Assembly: GCA_964035545.1 (NCBI GenBank)
Contig: OZ037770.1
Coordinates: 3,380,662-3,444,661, forward strand
Direction of reading: 5' to 3'
Length of the DNA stretch: 64,000 nt
Source: Bugula neritina
Taxonomy: Eukaryota > Animalia > Bryozoa
Shown here: one piece after another, positions 1-13,110 of the stretch
Position numbering within the stretch: position 1 is the stretch's first letter
How the letters are laid out: the number at the start of each line of letters is the position of its first letter
Program-made: the position numbers and the translations under genes
The notes under the pieces: model-generated
The model's database searches: none
What the model saw: only the letters and a program-made list of their open reading frames with translations
Told to the model about the DNA's origin: nothing

Positions 1-1332
1 TAAAAATAAACCATAAATCATGTAACTGTTATTGTATGTTATTGCAATTTTGCCTATTGGTAATGTTATTCTTATTGTTAAAGTTAATGTTATTAATTAT
101 TTGATGTTATTGACTTAGTCAGTTGTTGATTTAAATTTAAAAATTGAAATAGATAATTTTGATTTTCTTTCGATTCGCTCATTTTGCTGTTAATTTTATT
201 TATAAAAACTTTAATTCGAAATTAGATTTCAATACTTATACTTATAGTTATAGTTATACTATAAGTATAAGTTATAGTTATACGCCTACGGTTACGGTCC
301 CAGGTCCAGTGTATTATAATTATAGTCTGTATTACATTTAGTGATTTATCAACTTTATGAATTATTCAGTTTCATATTTAATTTTATGTTCGTCAAACTT
401 GATTCACATTTAATTTTAAATTTAAAATGATAATTCAATGAATGAGTGTCAGTGTGACTTAGACTAACTCTAAGAGTATTTATACTAATAATTTATAATA
501 ATTTATCATTACGAGTTTGAGAGTTATATCTATAATGATAATGTCAATGATGATACTTTGATAGCGATAATATTCATATTGACAATTGGTATTGATCATT
601 AAGATATAAAATTAATGATAACCTAATTTATTTTCATTATTTACAAGAGTGAGTATTTATTTCAATTATTGATATTATAATTATTGCTATCTTTATAAAT
701 TGAAAGTCAAAGTGTTATTTGTTTCGTAGTATAACTATGACATTAACTACCACTACAATTATGGGAGTATATATAACTACAACATAACATAATTATGAGT
801 ATCAGTATTGCTATTAGAATATCAATATGAATATGGTATGTTCATTCCATTTTAGTATTATTATTACTATTATTATTATTACTGTAGGCCTATTAGTGTT
901 GTTATTGTAAATCTATAAATGTTTAATTTAAAGTTAAACTTAATGTAGCACTAACTGAGTAACTCATTGACATTAGTTTTAATTTAATCACTTAATGATT
1001 AACTTTAGATAAATCATTGTGATTATATAAATGCTCACTGTGATCGTCATACTAAAATTCAACTTATACTTGTAGTTTGTGTTGCAATTAACTTTTGAGA
1101 TATTATAATTATTCAAGCTTGACTTTTACTATGCTGGTGTTGAAAACCAATGTCAACAATAAATAGAACGTTGTTTTGTTTAATGTATTGTTATTATCAT
1201 TATTGTATTTCAGTATTTATAATATTGGTACTCAGTAATTTTAATAATAATATACTTGTAGTTTGAGCAAAATATGCCAATAAAAAATGAAACCATAATT
1301 CATTATATTATGAAATAAAACCCAGGAAAGTT

Positions 1333-1500
1333 TATAGTCACCATCCCTAAGAGAAATTCTCTGTGAAAGGGTTTTTTAAAGCGGGCTAGGGACTTAGATG
1401 GGACACAGGAGCAATTATGACTGGAGGCTCTTCCTAACATCACCAATGGCCTTTTTCAGGGTTCGAACCCACTACTTTGTGTTTACTGAGAACACGCAAA
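1333..1500 (-). mobile_element. tRNA-derived SINE copy (diverged)
   Basis: Shares the core GGAGCAATTATGACTGG..GCTCTTCCTAACATCACCAATGGCC..GGGTTCGAACCC with the copies at 24193, 47138, 60008 and 62409; B box on the minus strand. Confidence 0.75.
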
Positions 1501-2195
1501 CAGCTGCACCCTATTATATTATCAAATTATGTAAGTTAAAAGATTTAAGTCTTTCAATTTAGACATAGGCTAAGCACAAGTTTAAGTAAATTATTTGTCA
1601 GTTTTTATTATACATGTTATAATGTTATGCATTGTATACAGTAGTTATGTTTGCTATAGATTTATATGTTTTAACAATTTTAATAATATAACATCTACTA
1701 GTGGATAAGATAATAATTTATGTCACTGAAAAAACTTCTTATAGTCCTAATCGTTGTCATAATGATCTGCCTATTATGCAGGATATAATACTGAATTATG
1801 ATAGTAGGCTATTTTTACCAAAATTAGAGATGTTCAAATAGCTTTTGTTGTAGTTTCACTTTTACTTCAATAATAATTGTGAAATATTTACATTGGCTTT
1901 TGCTCTTTTAGTGAATGGTTTATTTTAAACTGAAATTAAATACACTCTCAACTGTTGGAGAATAAAGTTGTAAAATGTTGCCTTTGTTATTTCCTACATT
2001 ACATATAGTTTACAGTTGAAGTAAACATTGGCTTGATTACAAAAAGTGAAATTCATATTTTCCAACTAAGCAAAAAGGCGCCATATGGCCAAAAACTTTT
2101 AACAGTTTTCTAGAATACATAACATAAACTTTGACATGGCTGACTGCGTTTACTATTGAATTGATTAGATTATTCCAATTGTTTTCTTGTTGCAG

Positions 2196-2945
2196 TTGGC
2201 ATCTAAATACGACGAGCAACTGGCGTCCCAGTGCCTCTTGTGGATCAGTCACCAGATTCAGGAGACCTTTGATTCCTCTGGTGACGCCAGAAACGTCCAC
2301 GAGCATTTGAAAAGCGGCCATCGTCTCGCCAGGTACCTACATCCTGTATACTCAACTACCATTGACGCTCTTTACATCGGTGATTTGGTATTTTTTTCGT
2401 GTAGAGAGTCGTCTTCTTCCAGGCAGTTTGTGTAGCTGGTTGCGGATCAACACTTGTGAATAAGTCAGATGTCTGACATGTTTTATTGAGGCAGCTAGGC
2501 AGCATTTCCTTCTGGGACTGACCCTTGTGACAGCATTTCTTTAAAGTTGTGTGTCAATTGTTTTGCACTTAAATTTACTCAGTGTTGCAATATCATAGAG
2601 TATATATCCATTAGGGGTTTTATAAGTCACTCCTTGTATTGGCAAATGTTTAAAGTTGCAAAAAAGTTGAAACTGGAAAGGTTGTACACATTTGGTGAAC
2701 ATGGTGTCATTAAAACCTAATCATTTGTGTGTTTACTTTTGAGAGTATAACTTTATCACATATTTGAAGTAATTGCTTAATAATTTGCTTAGTAGTCATG
2801 ATAGCAGTAGTAGTACAAGTAGTAGAAATAGTAGTAATAGTGGTGGTAATAAAGGTGGTGGTATTAGTGGCAGCAGCAGTAGTAGTAGTAGCAGTAGTAG
2901 TAGTAGTAGTAGCAGTATTAGTAGTGGTAGTAGCAGTAGTAGCAT

Positions 2946-2986
<41 letters not shown>

Positions 2987-2990
2987 ATAC

Positions 2991-3026
<36 letters not shown>

Positions 3027-4394
3027 CAGCTGTTTCGAATTCATGTTTTTTTTATTTTCCGGGATTTCAAAAGCTTTTAAGTCTGATTTGAAGTCCAATA
3101 TACAAGTTAAAGGCATTCTGTGAAATTCGTAAAATGTTTGTCAAATCCACAGCTGGCCTAAGTAGGGGTACTACAGTCAATGGAAGTTATGCTTAGATCT
3201 TAGGCTGGTCTATATGATATAATTTATATGCAAATATACCCTTTGAACTTTTTTCTATTTTCAAATAGTTGCACTTTTCACACTGCTCATAATGCTATTT
3301 TAATAGAGTGGTCTTTTGCTGCAAGTTGGCGAAATGAAAATTTCAAAATATGATATTTGATTCCTGAACTCCATATGAACTGTGGTTCAACAGCTGATGG
3401 GTTATAAATCAGCCTAAACAGGGTGTAGAAGTTGTTTCATTTGTAGTTGATGTGGCTTGAGAAGTTAGCTAGTTGTAGTATCTCACAGTTCTGCATTGGT
3501 GGCTGTGGTAGTAACAACAGTAATAGCAGTAGCAGTAATAACAGCAGCAGTAATAACAGTAGCGGCAGTACTATTAGTACTAGTATTAGTAGCATCAGTA
3601 GTAGTAATAGTAGTAGTAGCAGTAGTACCAGCAGTAGCAGTAATAACAGTAGCAGTAATAACAGTAGCAGTAATAGCAGTAGCAGTAATAACAGTAGCAG
3701 TAATAGCAGTAGCAGTAATAACAGTAGTGGCAGTACTATTAGTACTAGTATTAGTAGTATCAGTAGTAGTAATAGTAGTAGCAGTAGCAGTAGTACTAGC
3801 AGGAGTAGTAGCAGCAGTAGCCGTATTAGTAGTAGTACTACTAGTAGCAGTATTAGTAGTAGTAGCAGTAGTAGTAGTAGTAGTAGTAGCAGTAGCAGTA
3901 GTACTAGCAGGAGTAGTAGCAGCAGTAGCCGTATTAGTAGTAGTACTACTAGTAGCAGTATTAGTAGTAGTAGCAGTAGTAGTAGTAGTAGTAGTAGCAG
4001 TAGTGGCAGTACTATTAGTACTAGTATTAGTAGTATCAGTAGTAGTAATAGTAGTAGCAGTAGCAGTAGTACTAGCAGGAGTAGTAGCAGCAGTAGCCGT
4101 ATTAGTAGTAGTACTACTAGTAGCAGTATTAGTAGTAGTAGCAGTAGTAGTAGTTGTAGTAGTAGTATTAGTAGTAGTAGTTGTAGTAGCAGCAGTAGTA
4201 GTAGTACTAGTAGTAGTAATAGTAGTAGTAGCAGTAGTAGTAGTACTAGTATTTGTAGTAGACTAGTAGTAGTAGTAGTAGTAGTAGTACTAGTATTTGT
4301 AGTAGACTAGTAGTAGTAGTAGTAGTAGTAGCAGTAGTAGTAGTAGTAGTAGTAGTAGTAGCAGTAGTAGTAGCAGTAGTAGTAGTAGTAGTAA

Positions 4395-4439
<45 letters not shown>

Positions 4440-4442
4440 CAC

Positions 4443-4484
<42 letters not shown>

Positions 4485-4487
4485 CAC

Positions 4488-4546
<59 letters not shown>

Positions 4547-7500
4547 CTATGTGTATCACTAGGGGAATAGCTAAGCTCTGTTATTATTATGATATGATGC
4601 AGTAATATGCAAATCGTCTCCATTGTCAATAGCCTAATAAATAACCATGGGGCACTCCCTCAAATAATAGCATTAATATAAATGCCCAGTGTAATACACA
4701 ATAGAACCTTAACAGGAAACGAGTAATGCTTAGCTTAGTACGCATATCAATAGGCGTCTATCTCTCAACATTACCTAGTTTACAGGTGATAAAACTCCGG
4801 TCACACAAGCTGTCAGTTGATGACCTTGAACAAACATGCATGTCTAAGTGATGCCCTAAGCTTGGGTTACATCAGCCATGTTATGCTTAGGTATGTCTGT
4901 TTTAAATGCAGAGCTCTGGTTTTTAAAGATATAATCATGAGGATGAATAGTATTTGATGGGACATTCCAAGAGCATTGAAAGCTTTGTTACATTATGTTA
5001 ATATATAAACAACAAGCCACATCATTACAGCTTTAATTAGAATTTTATAGCTATATTAGCTATTCTATGCTTTTCTGTATTTAGTATGGCACAGTTTATG
5101 TACTGCTATTTTGGCTACCACAGAAAGCTAGTTTTTTTTCAGAATATTATATATAATCCAACACTATTTGTCTTTCATCCAGTCTTCGGTGGTCCATACA
5201 TATAGATAGAAACACAATTGTGTTTGATTTCTTACTGCATTGCTACGGTAGACTGTCAACTAACTAACACATGACTAACAGATGTAGGCCTCTCTATCTT
5301 TGAGTAGTTATTATTTCTTAGTAGAAGTAAGACTCCCAAATAGCTTTTGATATTGTATAGTTGGTTGGTGGTAAGATAACTTCTTAAACATTAGAAACAG
5401 TTGCTGCCGGCTACCCAGCAGCTTTTCAACGACTCAGTCATGTATGTTAGCTATCTGGGAGGGTGACAGTAACTTTGAGATGTTAATCCACTCTGCTTTT
5501 TCAAAGTGAAAGCCACGATACACTAAAATATTAAATAGATTTAATACCTTGTTAGTTTAGGTAAAAGCTTGTAGAAGGTTTTTTCTGACTGGTAGCATTA
5601 TTGCTTTAGAGTTGTCCTTCCTTGTTTTCATAGATATTTTCCAATTCTTTCCTCAACTTATGAAATATAAATTATTAGTGTTGAATTATTTTTCCATTTA
5701 GGCTAGGAATTCTTATTCAAAGTAAGAATTCATATTGAAACATTTGTGTTAAACTGAATTAATGGTATTGCATTCTGCATACTGGTACTCAGTCTTACCA
5801 TATACTCATGTTTCAAGTCACCTACCAGGCACTAGTTACTACTATCACATGGTGGATATCTATATTGCAGACTGGCCAACTCAATACAAGGTGGAAGGAT
5901 CAAGTCAGCTGCTATTAGCAAAGCAAAGTTTCCATTCCAACAGATGGAGCTCATCAACATCTTTGTTGGTAAACAGCCTTCCTTACAACATTTCTCTGAA
6001 TCGCTAGCAATGTAGACTAAGTTATAAGAAGTATTTGCTCCTTGTTAGGGGTGCTGCGTTGTCTGCTTAGTTTATGGCTAGGTTTTCAGGCTCTGTTTGA
6101 AAGAGTTCATTCTACTTCTATTCTGGGGTTTTTTCTTTTTTATATCCTTCTAAAAGTACAAAATTACCAATTATGGCATATAAAATGTTTTGTTAATCCT
6201 ATTATTTTCATAATGGAAACGTACTGAACTCGGTCTCAGGTTTGCTAATGGACTGAAAAGTGGCATGGGGGGGGGGGTGGGGGGTGAAGGGCATTTAAAA
6301 ACTAAATTATAATTGACCTGCATTTGGGTTGGTTGAAATATACAGTTAGAGCTTTTCCTTCAGCATTGCTATTATAGTGAGTAGAAGTTATCTTCTCCTA
6401 AACCGAGCAGACATGGGCTGTGACAGGAATTATAGGTGCTGTCAGCTGTATTTCACATGCAGACTGTTTTATTTAACTGTCATTTATTTCCATGAACTTA
6501 ATAAAACATTGTCATCTAATACTAGTTTAGTTTTGATGATATCATTTACTGTTACGTTTGACTGTCTTCGAAAGTTGTGTTTATACCTCTGCTGAAAAAA
6601 GTACCGAGTTTAAGTTAATAAAGCTTGTCCTCGGGTACCCCTTTATAGTCAAACTGAAACTCGTTGAAATCATATTGATGCGAAAGCTTACTTTCTAAAA
6701 GTTAAATCTGACTGGCGTAATCGCTAATTTATGCCCTTTGAAAACCTAATGAATTGGTGAATGTTGACAGCATAAAAGCGATAATTGAGAAGGCCTAGGC
6801 AATATAATTATTCACATTTAAGTGCGTCATCTAATCGTCACAGTCATAACTAAATAACGATGTTTACAAGGAGTTATTACTCCTTTTGAGTATTATTCTG
6901 AACTTACCCGATTAAGTTATCACAGTACGAAAATTTTTATGAGTGGCTTTTGACAATGCAATGCAACTCGAAGAAATTTCAACTCGGCCAAATTGAATTT
7001 CTGACTAACACAACTTAATAATCTGCAATATAAAGCTGTGAAGTCTAGTCAATTAGAGTTGTCCTCCCCTTTGTCTGTAGAGTTCTGCAAGGACATGGGG
7101 GTACCTGATCAGGAGTGCTTTGCAACTGTAGACCTGTATGAAGCCCAAAACATGAACCAAGTCATTATCTGCATAGCGGCTCTCATGAGAAAGGTGAGAT
7201 AACTCTTGGAAGTGGTTGCTTTGTTTTATACTCTCCACACCTGTCACACTCCCGGGTGGTAACGGGCTTCTTACAATTCTAGTTTTATTTTGTCAGAGTT
7301 TTTAAAGTAGCTCTGGGGCAATGACCCTCACCTAACCAGGGTTGGGGTAATTGTAATTGGTTGTAATTAATTACATTGTTTCAAGTAATTGAATGTAATT
7401 TGTAATTGATGTATAACATTGTAATTGTAATTAATTAAATTGCTAATGTAATTGAATTTTATAATTGCATAACAATTACTTCAAATTTTTAAATTTTATA

Positions 7501-8065
7501 AAATTCATATTTTTCCTGCCTTGCCTGCTGTTTAATAAAAAGTTCAGATTAATTTAATGCTGTTTAATTTATCACCTTATTCGTTACTGTTGCGAACAAG
7601 GAAGGTTTTCTGTTGTCAAAATTGCCCTGTGTAGTTGGACCCCAAGAAGTGAGATTATATAATTTTTATTTTTCTCTTGTGAGAACAAAAGTAATTGTAA
7701 TTAATTAGATTACCATGTAATTGACTTCAACCCTGCTAACCACTAGGCCTCTGCTGACTGTTCAGTTGATTCTTGTGAATATTGATGAGAAATTTTGTTG
7801 ATGAGCCATTTGAATTGAAATTGTTTTATTGAAACATTGTTCATTGAAATATGTAAGTATTATTGTTATGTCACAGTTTCTATACAGACATGTGATGTGC
7901 TTGTAGTTTGGACTCGGCCCGAAGGAGGCCACAGAAAACCGAAGGCAGTTCACAGAAGAGCAGCTCAACGCCGGCAGCAGCATTATCGGTCTCCAGATGG
8001 GAACCAACAGAGGCGCCTCGCAGTCCGGCATGAGTTTCGGCAAAACTCGTAAGATTGTAGACTGA
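2196..8065 (+). CDS. Myophilin / muscle protein 20 / transgelin-like actin-binding protein (CH domain plus one calponin repeat), 5' exon(s) not found in the window; exons 2196-2332, 5871-5968, 7081-7193, 7907-8065
   Basis: All introns GT-AG with consistent phases (2,1,0). Spliced product LASKYDEQLASQCLLWI...LKSGHRLARLANSIQGGRIK...FPFQQMELINIFVEFCKDMGVPDQECFATVDLYEAQNMNQVIICIAALMRKFGLGPKEATENRRQFTEEQLNAGSSIIGLQMGTNRGASQSGMSFGKTRKIVD*. F-x-TVDLYE and IGLQMGTNxGASQxGM are transgelin/calponin family hallmarks. Confidence 0.95.
2790..3030. repeat. (AGT)n/(AGC)n trinucleotide microsatellite, intronic
   Basis: Directly visible; explains the poly-S/V/L ORFs. Confidence 0.95.
3507..4547. repeat. Long imperfect (AGT)n microsatellite with higher-order internal duplications, intronic
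   Basis: AGT/AGC/AAT units; the block ACTAGCAGGAGTAGTAGCAGCAGTAGCCGTATT recurs three times. Confidence 0.95.
6571..7016. mobile_element. Non-autonomous DNA transposon (MITE, ~450 bp), same family as 34831-35281, opposite orientation
   Basis: AAAGTTGTGTTTATACCTCTGCTGAAAAAAGTACCGAGTTTAAG... is the reverse complement of the right end of 34831-35281, and the similarity continues along the element. Confidence 0.8.
7337..7735. mobile_element. Non-autonomous hAT-like element (CAGGGTTG termini, GTAATT-rich subterminal repeats, 5-bp TSD CTAAC)
   Basis: TIR CAGGGTTGGGGT...ACTTCAACCCTG; CTAAC at 7332-7336 and 7736-7740; second copy at 37623-38784. Confidence 0.8.
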
Positions 8066-8504
8066 GATCTACATTCCCCCGGGCTGCGGGGTGCGTGTTG
8101 CTCCTCCCAGCGTAACCTCACATTCGTACAATCAAAGTATCATATCGCTCTGTCGTCAGCCTTGACCCTGAAATACTGATGACCTTGAACTTTCCATGTA
8201 GGTCATCTTATTTCTGTGATATAATTAGAGGCTGACCTCATCACCTTCTCAAGTTGTAGTAAAAGAGGAAACAGCTCCAGTATAAGTTCATAGAATTAGA
8301 AGACAACTCCGACGCATTACAATTATATTTCATAGTTCCACAATTTCATCTAGCAAACCAACTACTGCAAAAACTTATATTCCAGCTTCATTTTTATTCC
8401 AGTTAGTGGCTCCAATAGCAATGTTGCAGGCATTCTTTAAGCTCACTATTTGCTTTCATGTTTACTTAGTCTGTATATTATGCTTTGACTTATTCCATTC
8501 TCTT

Positions 8505-8602
8505 ATACCTACCTGTAAGTGTATACTTACCTGTAAGTGTATACTTACCTGTAAGTGTATACTTACCTGTAAGTGTATACTTACCTGTAAGTGTATACTT
8601 AC
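8505..8602. repeat. 18-bp minisatellite (ATACTTACCTGTAAGTGT, ~5 copies) in the presumed 3' UTR of the myophilin-like gene
   Basis: Directly visible; produces the TCKCIL and LPVSVY repeat ORFs. Confidence 0.9.
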
Positions 8603-8785
8603 ATCTCAATCGTCCAGTTCACTTAGCTAATTTGTGTAGAGCACTTCAATGCCAGGTCTCAGTCCAATTCCTCTACTTAGCCACGTGCCGTTAACATATT
8701 ATATTTTTAAATAGACCTATTTTATAATATATTTATACTATTGGCTTCAGTGTAGAATGCTTGCTCATGTTTTATACAAGCAAAT

Positions 8786-8791
8786 AATAAA
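8786..8791 (+). terminator. Candidate AATAAA polyadenylation signal of the myophilin-like gene
   Basis: AATAAA ~720 nt after the stop, followed by a GT-rich tract (GCATTGTGGTTGTCTG). Confidence 0.4.
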
Positions 8792-9823
8792 ATATATCTG
8801 TAGCTTATGCATTGTGGTTGTCTGCTCTTTGCTATTGCATATCGTGATCTGACAACTCCATATTATTGTTTTTCATCCAGCTTATGCTTGTCTTATTATT
8901 GCATCTCTTTTTCAGGAATTTTAGATCTTTTACAAATATTTTTAAAATAAATGTATTAGAGAAAAATTTACCCATACTACTCTGTTTATTTGTAGCATAT
9001 TCAGTGCTGACGTGGTTATCCCTTCTTCATATTTATTGATATAATACTGTATCAAATAGACACATATATAACCAACACAAAATACTACTCTATTACCATA
9101 CGTGTGATTTTTGAGGTTATAAAATTAAATTATGATGGACTAAACTGTAAAATCTGTCATGAACTGATTTGGAACTGTTAACACTAATAGCTATATGTTA
9201 TGTCTAAGCTATGTTATGCAATGCTTCGCTTTGTCACAAAATGTTAGTCATAAGTTGAATAAACTATTAAAGAAAATTAAAGAAATAGTCTTACCAGAGT
9301 GTGTAGAGCATTTGTGGCAACATTATCCAAAAAATGACGTTGGAAACTCCATAGTCTAGGAATTCATAACTTTTAATTTATGTCCAATGCTTATATTCGC
9401 AGATATGGTGAATTATGTGTGCTGTCTAACTGATATGATTCATTAAAATGCTCCACTCCTGTGTGTGCTGTGATACCCATGTCTTACACTTGTGAAAGTT
9501 GATTGATGACTGCAACTTTGCAAGAAATGACAATAGATATTATATTAAGTCATTGTTGAGGCTTGACGTCTTCCATAAACAATGATAAATTTATTCATTA
9601 TTGTTGCTATCAATTATTAACAGCAAAAACAATATTATATTATTTGGGAAAAAGTATTACATGAAAATCGAAAAGATGACAGAAATTTTACGAAACATTT
9701 ATAGCACATGCACGTGCTATCTCTCCTAGACCTTTCTACTCATCGTTACACCCTATGCATAAATTATCCACTGACTCGTTTACTTCTATAAATTTGTCTG
9801 TAATTTTGCCCTCCAATAGATAC

Positions 9824-10368
9824 TGTAGTAAACTGTGGGTTTTGAATGCAACTAGTGCCTACATGCTCTAGAGAGAATAAGCCAAGTATCTGAATACGAA
9901 TGAAGATAACTTTATTAGCATCAAATACAGCTTATGTGGTCCTACTACCAGCGAGCTCCAGTAGTAGTCTGAACTACACTGGAACTCGCTGGCTTTTATA
10001 TACAAGCGAGACAAAGACATTCCTTTGTTGCCGAGATCGGGTTCCAAAATGCCGAAACGTCGATTCTCGGCATATCGGCATTTCGGAAGACCGAAATGCC
10101 GATCTCAGCAACAAAGGACACACACAAAAGAAAGCAACATTAGTAAAAGAAAAGCACTATTAGTAAAAGAGATATTACATAACTTTAGAATGCGTATTTC
10201 AGTAAAATTACATTATGCTGAAAGCTTAACAGTAATCACCATACTTAGGCATTAGCAAGCTAGCTTACTTAACTATAATTACAGCATTAAGAACGATACG
10301 CAACAGTATTTATAGTATACTGATGCACGCAGTTATTTCAGAACAATAGAGGATGAGAATCCATTACA
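9824..10368 (-). mobile_element. 3' LTR (~545 bp) of a Gypsy-like retrotransposon
   Basis: Minus strand starts TGTAATGG directly after a polypurine tract (GGGGGGAGAA, 10369-10378) and ends TACTACA; internal TATATAAAAG (~9993-10002) precedes AATAAA (9911-9916). Confidence 0.75.
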
Positions 10369-11393
10369 TTCTCCCCCCATCGAAAAGCATCCCCTTTTCG
10401 ATAACAGAACAATGATTTCACACAAAACAAAAAAAAACAAAAAAAATAAAACACAAAAGTAGAAAAATATGCGATTAACAGAAAGTATTATGATTAGTCA
10501 CACGTATCACAATAATATAAACGATAGTAGTACCCGTAATATATACAGTCCGGGTGGCCAATGCTGGCGGCTCCCAATTGTCCGGTTCAGTTATTTGAGG
10601 TGGTGCACCAGGCTTTCTATCCCTTCTGTACAACAGTCAAGGGTACCGGACCAGGCCTGGATTGCACTATCTAGGACGCACTCTCGGTAAGGAAGTGCCA
10701 TACTCTGCCCGTGACGGGGCAATTGTGAGTGGGTCGGCTGGGTCTTCTCTTCTATCTGGCTGCCTGGTGATCCAGGCTCCTTGCCCAGTCTTGCCAATGC
10801 TACCCGCAGAGGCTGGGTGGTGGCTGCGGTAGCGCCATCTCCAATCAGCTGGGCGGGTAGTAGGGTCGTGGCCTCATCTTCCTTTTCTGGAGGGGGGTCC
10901 AAGTCAGACATAGGTATGGGGTATCGCCACCTACCTCGGCCAACATTACCCGAAAGAGCTGGGTACCTGTTGTCCAGGTGACTGTGCTGGTCTGGGGGTA
11001 ATTGCTTTTGGAGAAGTCCGGTACTGCCAGGGCTGTTCTGCAACTGAGGCTCGGAGTTTTTACCCATACTGGGTGTACCACTCCTCTGTGGGGACATCTC
11101 TATGTGTCCCACGTGGTAGTCCGCCAGATATCTGGGGGGCCTTCTGGCCCTCTGACTCCGTTCCTGCTGTATAGGCGCTGCTGGTGCCGGTGGCTCCTCA
11201 GCTACCGCTGAAGGGAGGTCCCCGCCTTCACCCGTAACACGGGTGGGGGTGTCCTCCCCCTGGAGGGGTGGTGGTCCTAGGGCTTGCTGTCGTTCTTGTT
11301 CTCGCTCCTCTCTCTGTTGTCGCTCCAGCTGCTCCAACAGGGCGGTTTGCTCCTGGTCCGCCTTTCTAGGGAACACAATTTCCACCTCTCGAG
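10369..11393 (-). mobile_element. Truncated internal 3' portion of a Gypsy-like element (pol C-terminal tail, ORF 10591-11433)
   Basis: GC-rich island; ORF contains ERSQRARRPPRYLADY, the RxSxRxRxPPxxLxDY motif typical downstream of Gypsy integrase; followed by PPT and LTR. No RT or integrase core and no 5' LTR seen. Confidence 0.7.
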
Positions 11394-12559
11394 TTATATA
11401 ATAATGCAGATTCACAAAGCATTTACATTTCACCCTTTATGAAATCTTGCTATCATCAGTAGACACTACAAAAACACCAGTGCCAAGTAACTGCATGACT
11501 GAACTTTATTGACTATCAATTTCAAAGCCATGTTTAGTAATGTTTTGTTTTGCCAAAAAATGTTCATAGTTGAATGAATTATTTACTATCAATTATTCTG
11601 TTCTGACGACCTTTGACCTTTCCCTGTGTAACTTAGTATAACCTTTTGACCTTATGCTGACTAAACTCATCATAACACAGAAACTATGTCATTATCTCAA
11701 AGAGACAAGGAACTAAATGCTGATGCACTTTGACCCTTTGCAGTATAACTATCAGTAATTTCAAACGTTCAAGTTTATCGATTTGTTTTATAAATTTTGG
11801 TTTTTAGCCATATAGTTATAATGTAAAGTTTTTTGCACAGAGCTTGAGGACTGCAACTCATCTGGGTCAGGGTTCAAGGTCGTTCCACCACTAGTTCTTA
11901 TTGCTGATTCACTTGCAAAAATAGAATGATGTTGCATTAAATAATGTCCTTGCTACAGTGTTACGCTTCAATTAGGTCAAGGTCACTTTCAGTTCAATAA
12001 AGTTGTCACCGATCTTAAATACTGTACTTGCTGGTGGCCATTGTCTAATAAAATATAATCTACTATGTATCCACAGTCATACTATTACATGGTGGCCATG
12101 CAGTAGTGTTGCTGAAACTATAAGTTGAAGTTAATAGTTATTAACTTTAACTATATTTTAGGTCTAATTGCAAAAAGGCAAAGTAGGCCTATAATAATAA
12201 AAAGTTATAACACCATAAAAGATCAGATACACAAGTGACCATTTTAATACTGTAGCTATCTTGAGACTGAGGCTTATATAGAGGCGCCGGTAGGCGCTAC
12301 TTATAAATACAGAGTCTCATATGATTGGTCGGTGGGGTTCCGGCAGTGGTGACTGCAATTAGTAGTGCGGCGTTGCATATTCATGCCGCAGAAGTTCGGC
12401 GTTTTAGAAAGTTAGCCTGAGCGTAGTACGTAGAGTTATCGCACCTTGGAAATATAGTATAATACAATTACGTGTCAGTATATACATGGTGGCTGGAAAA
12501 CAGTACTTCTCACAGCCATTACACCACCACCACCCCCATTATGGAATTTCTCCCTACGT

Positions 12560-13110
12560 AAGTATGTGATTCATGAAAGAGCACGTTTCTTTAGGAAATT
12601 TCAGTTATAAGCAGAAGAAACTGCTGAACAGTATGTTAGGTCTCGAATGACATAGCAGATAGGTGTGATTTCTCTAATAGATCGGAGCAAATGCGAGACT
12701 GGATTGTGGTAGGAATCATGCACGGGCGCGTTAACTGCAGTCGTGAGATGCAGAAAATAAATGTTGAGGACTTAACTGAAGAATTTATCATAAACATAGC
12801 TAGAAAATTTGAGCAAGTTGACAAGAACAATAAAGACTTAACAGAAAGTCATGGTATAGTACTTATAGTAGTACTTTAGTTGATGCTGTCTCAAAATTTA
12901 GTAGTAGTGGTTATAGTCACACAAGCATCAAGTCCCAGAAGCACAACTCTATAGGAGTACTAGAGTACGTACTAGGCAAACTAATGGCTCTACTTCCTGT
13001 AGTGGATGTGGTTATGTGAACCAGACAAGAGGAACATGCTCTGCTAGAGATTGTAAGTGTAAGTGTTGTGGTAAACTTAGACACCACACAAAAATGTATA
13101 AGTCTAAGTC
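12560..13110 (+). pseudogene. Decayed Gypsy-type gag fragment
   Basis: Across stops and frameshifts: VIHERARF..Q..EETAEQYV / IADRCDFSNRSEQMRDWIVVGI / DLTEEFIINIARKFE / CSGCG..CSARDCKCKCCGKLRH (double zinc-knuckle relic). Confidence 0.75.

Noticed and set aside
1-1260. Very AT-rich stretch with hexamer-like periodicity and a YSYSYT ORF
   Set aside because: Low complexity with no credible exon or defined repeat unit; treated as intronic.
2773-4629. Long poly-Ser/Val/Leu/Thr ORFs
   Set aside because: Translations of an intronic (AGT)n microsatellite, open in several frames and on both strands.
8505-8602. Short regular repeats (also 14577-14693 and 61208-61400) as possible CRISPR arrays
   Set aside because: No unique spacers, no cas genes, eukaryotic context; these are simple minisatellites.
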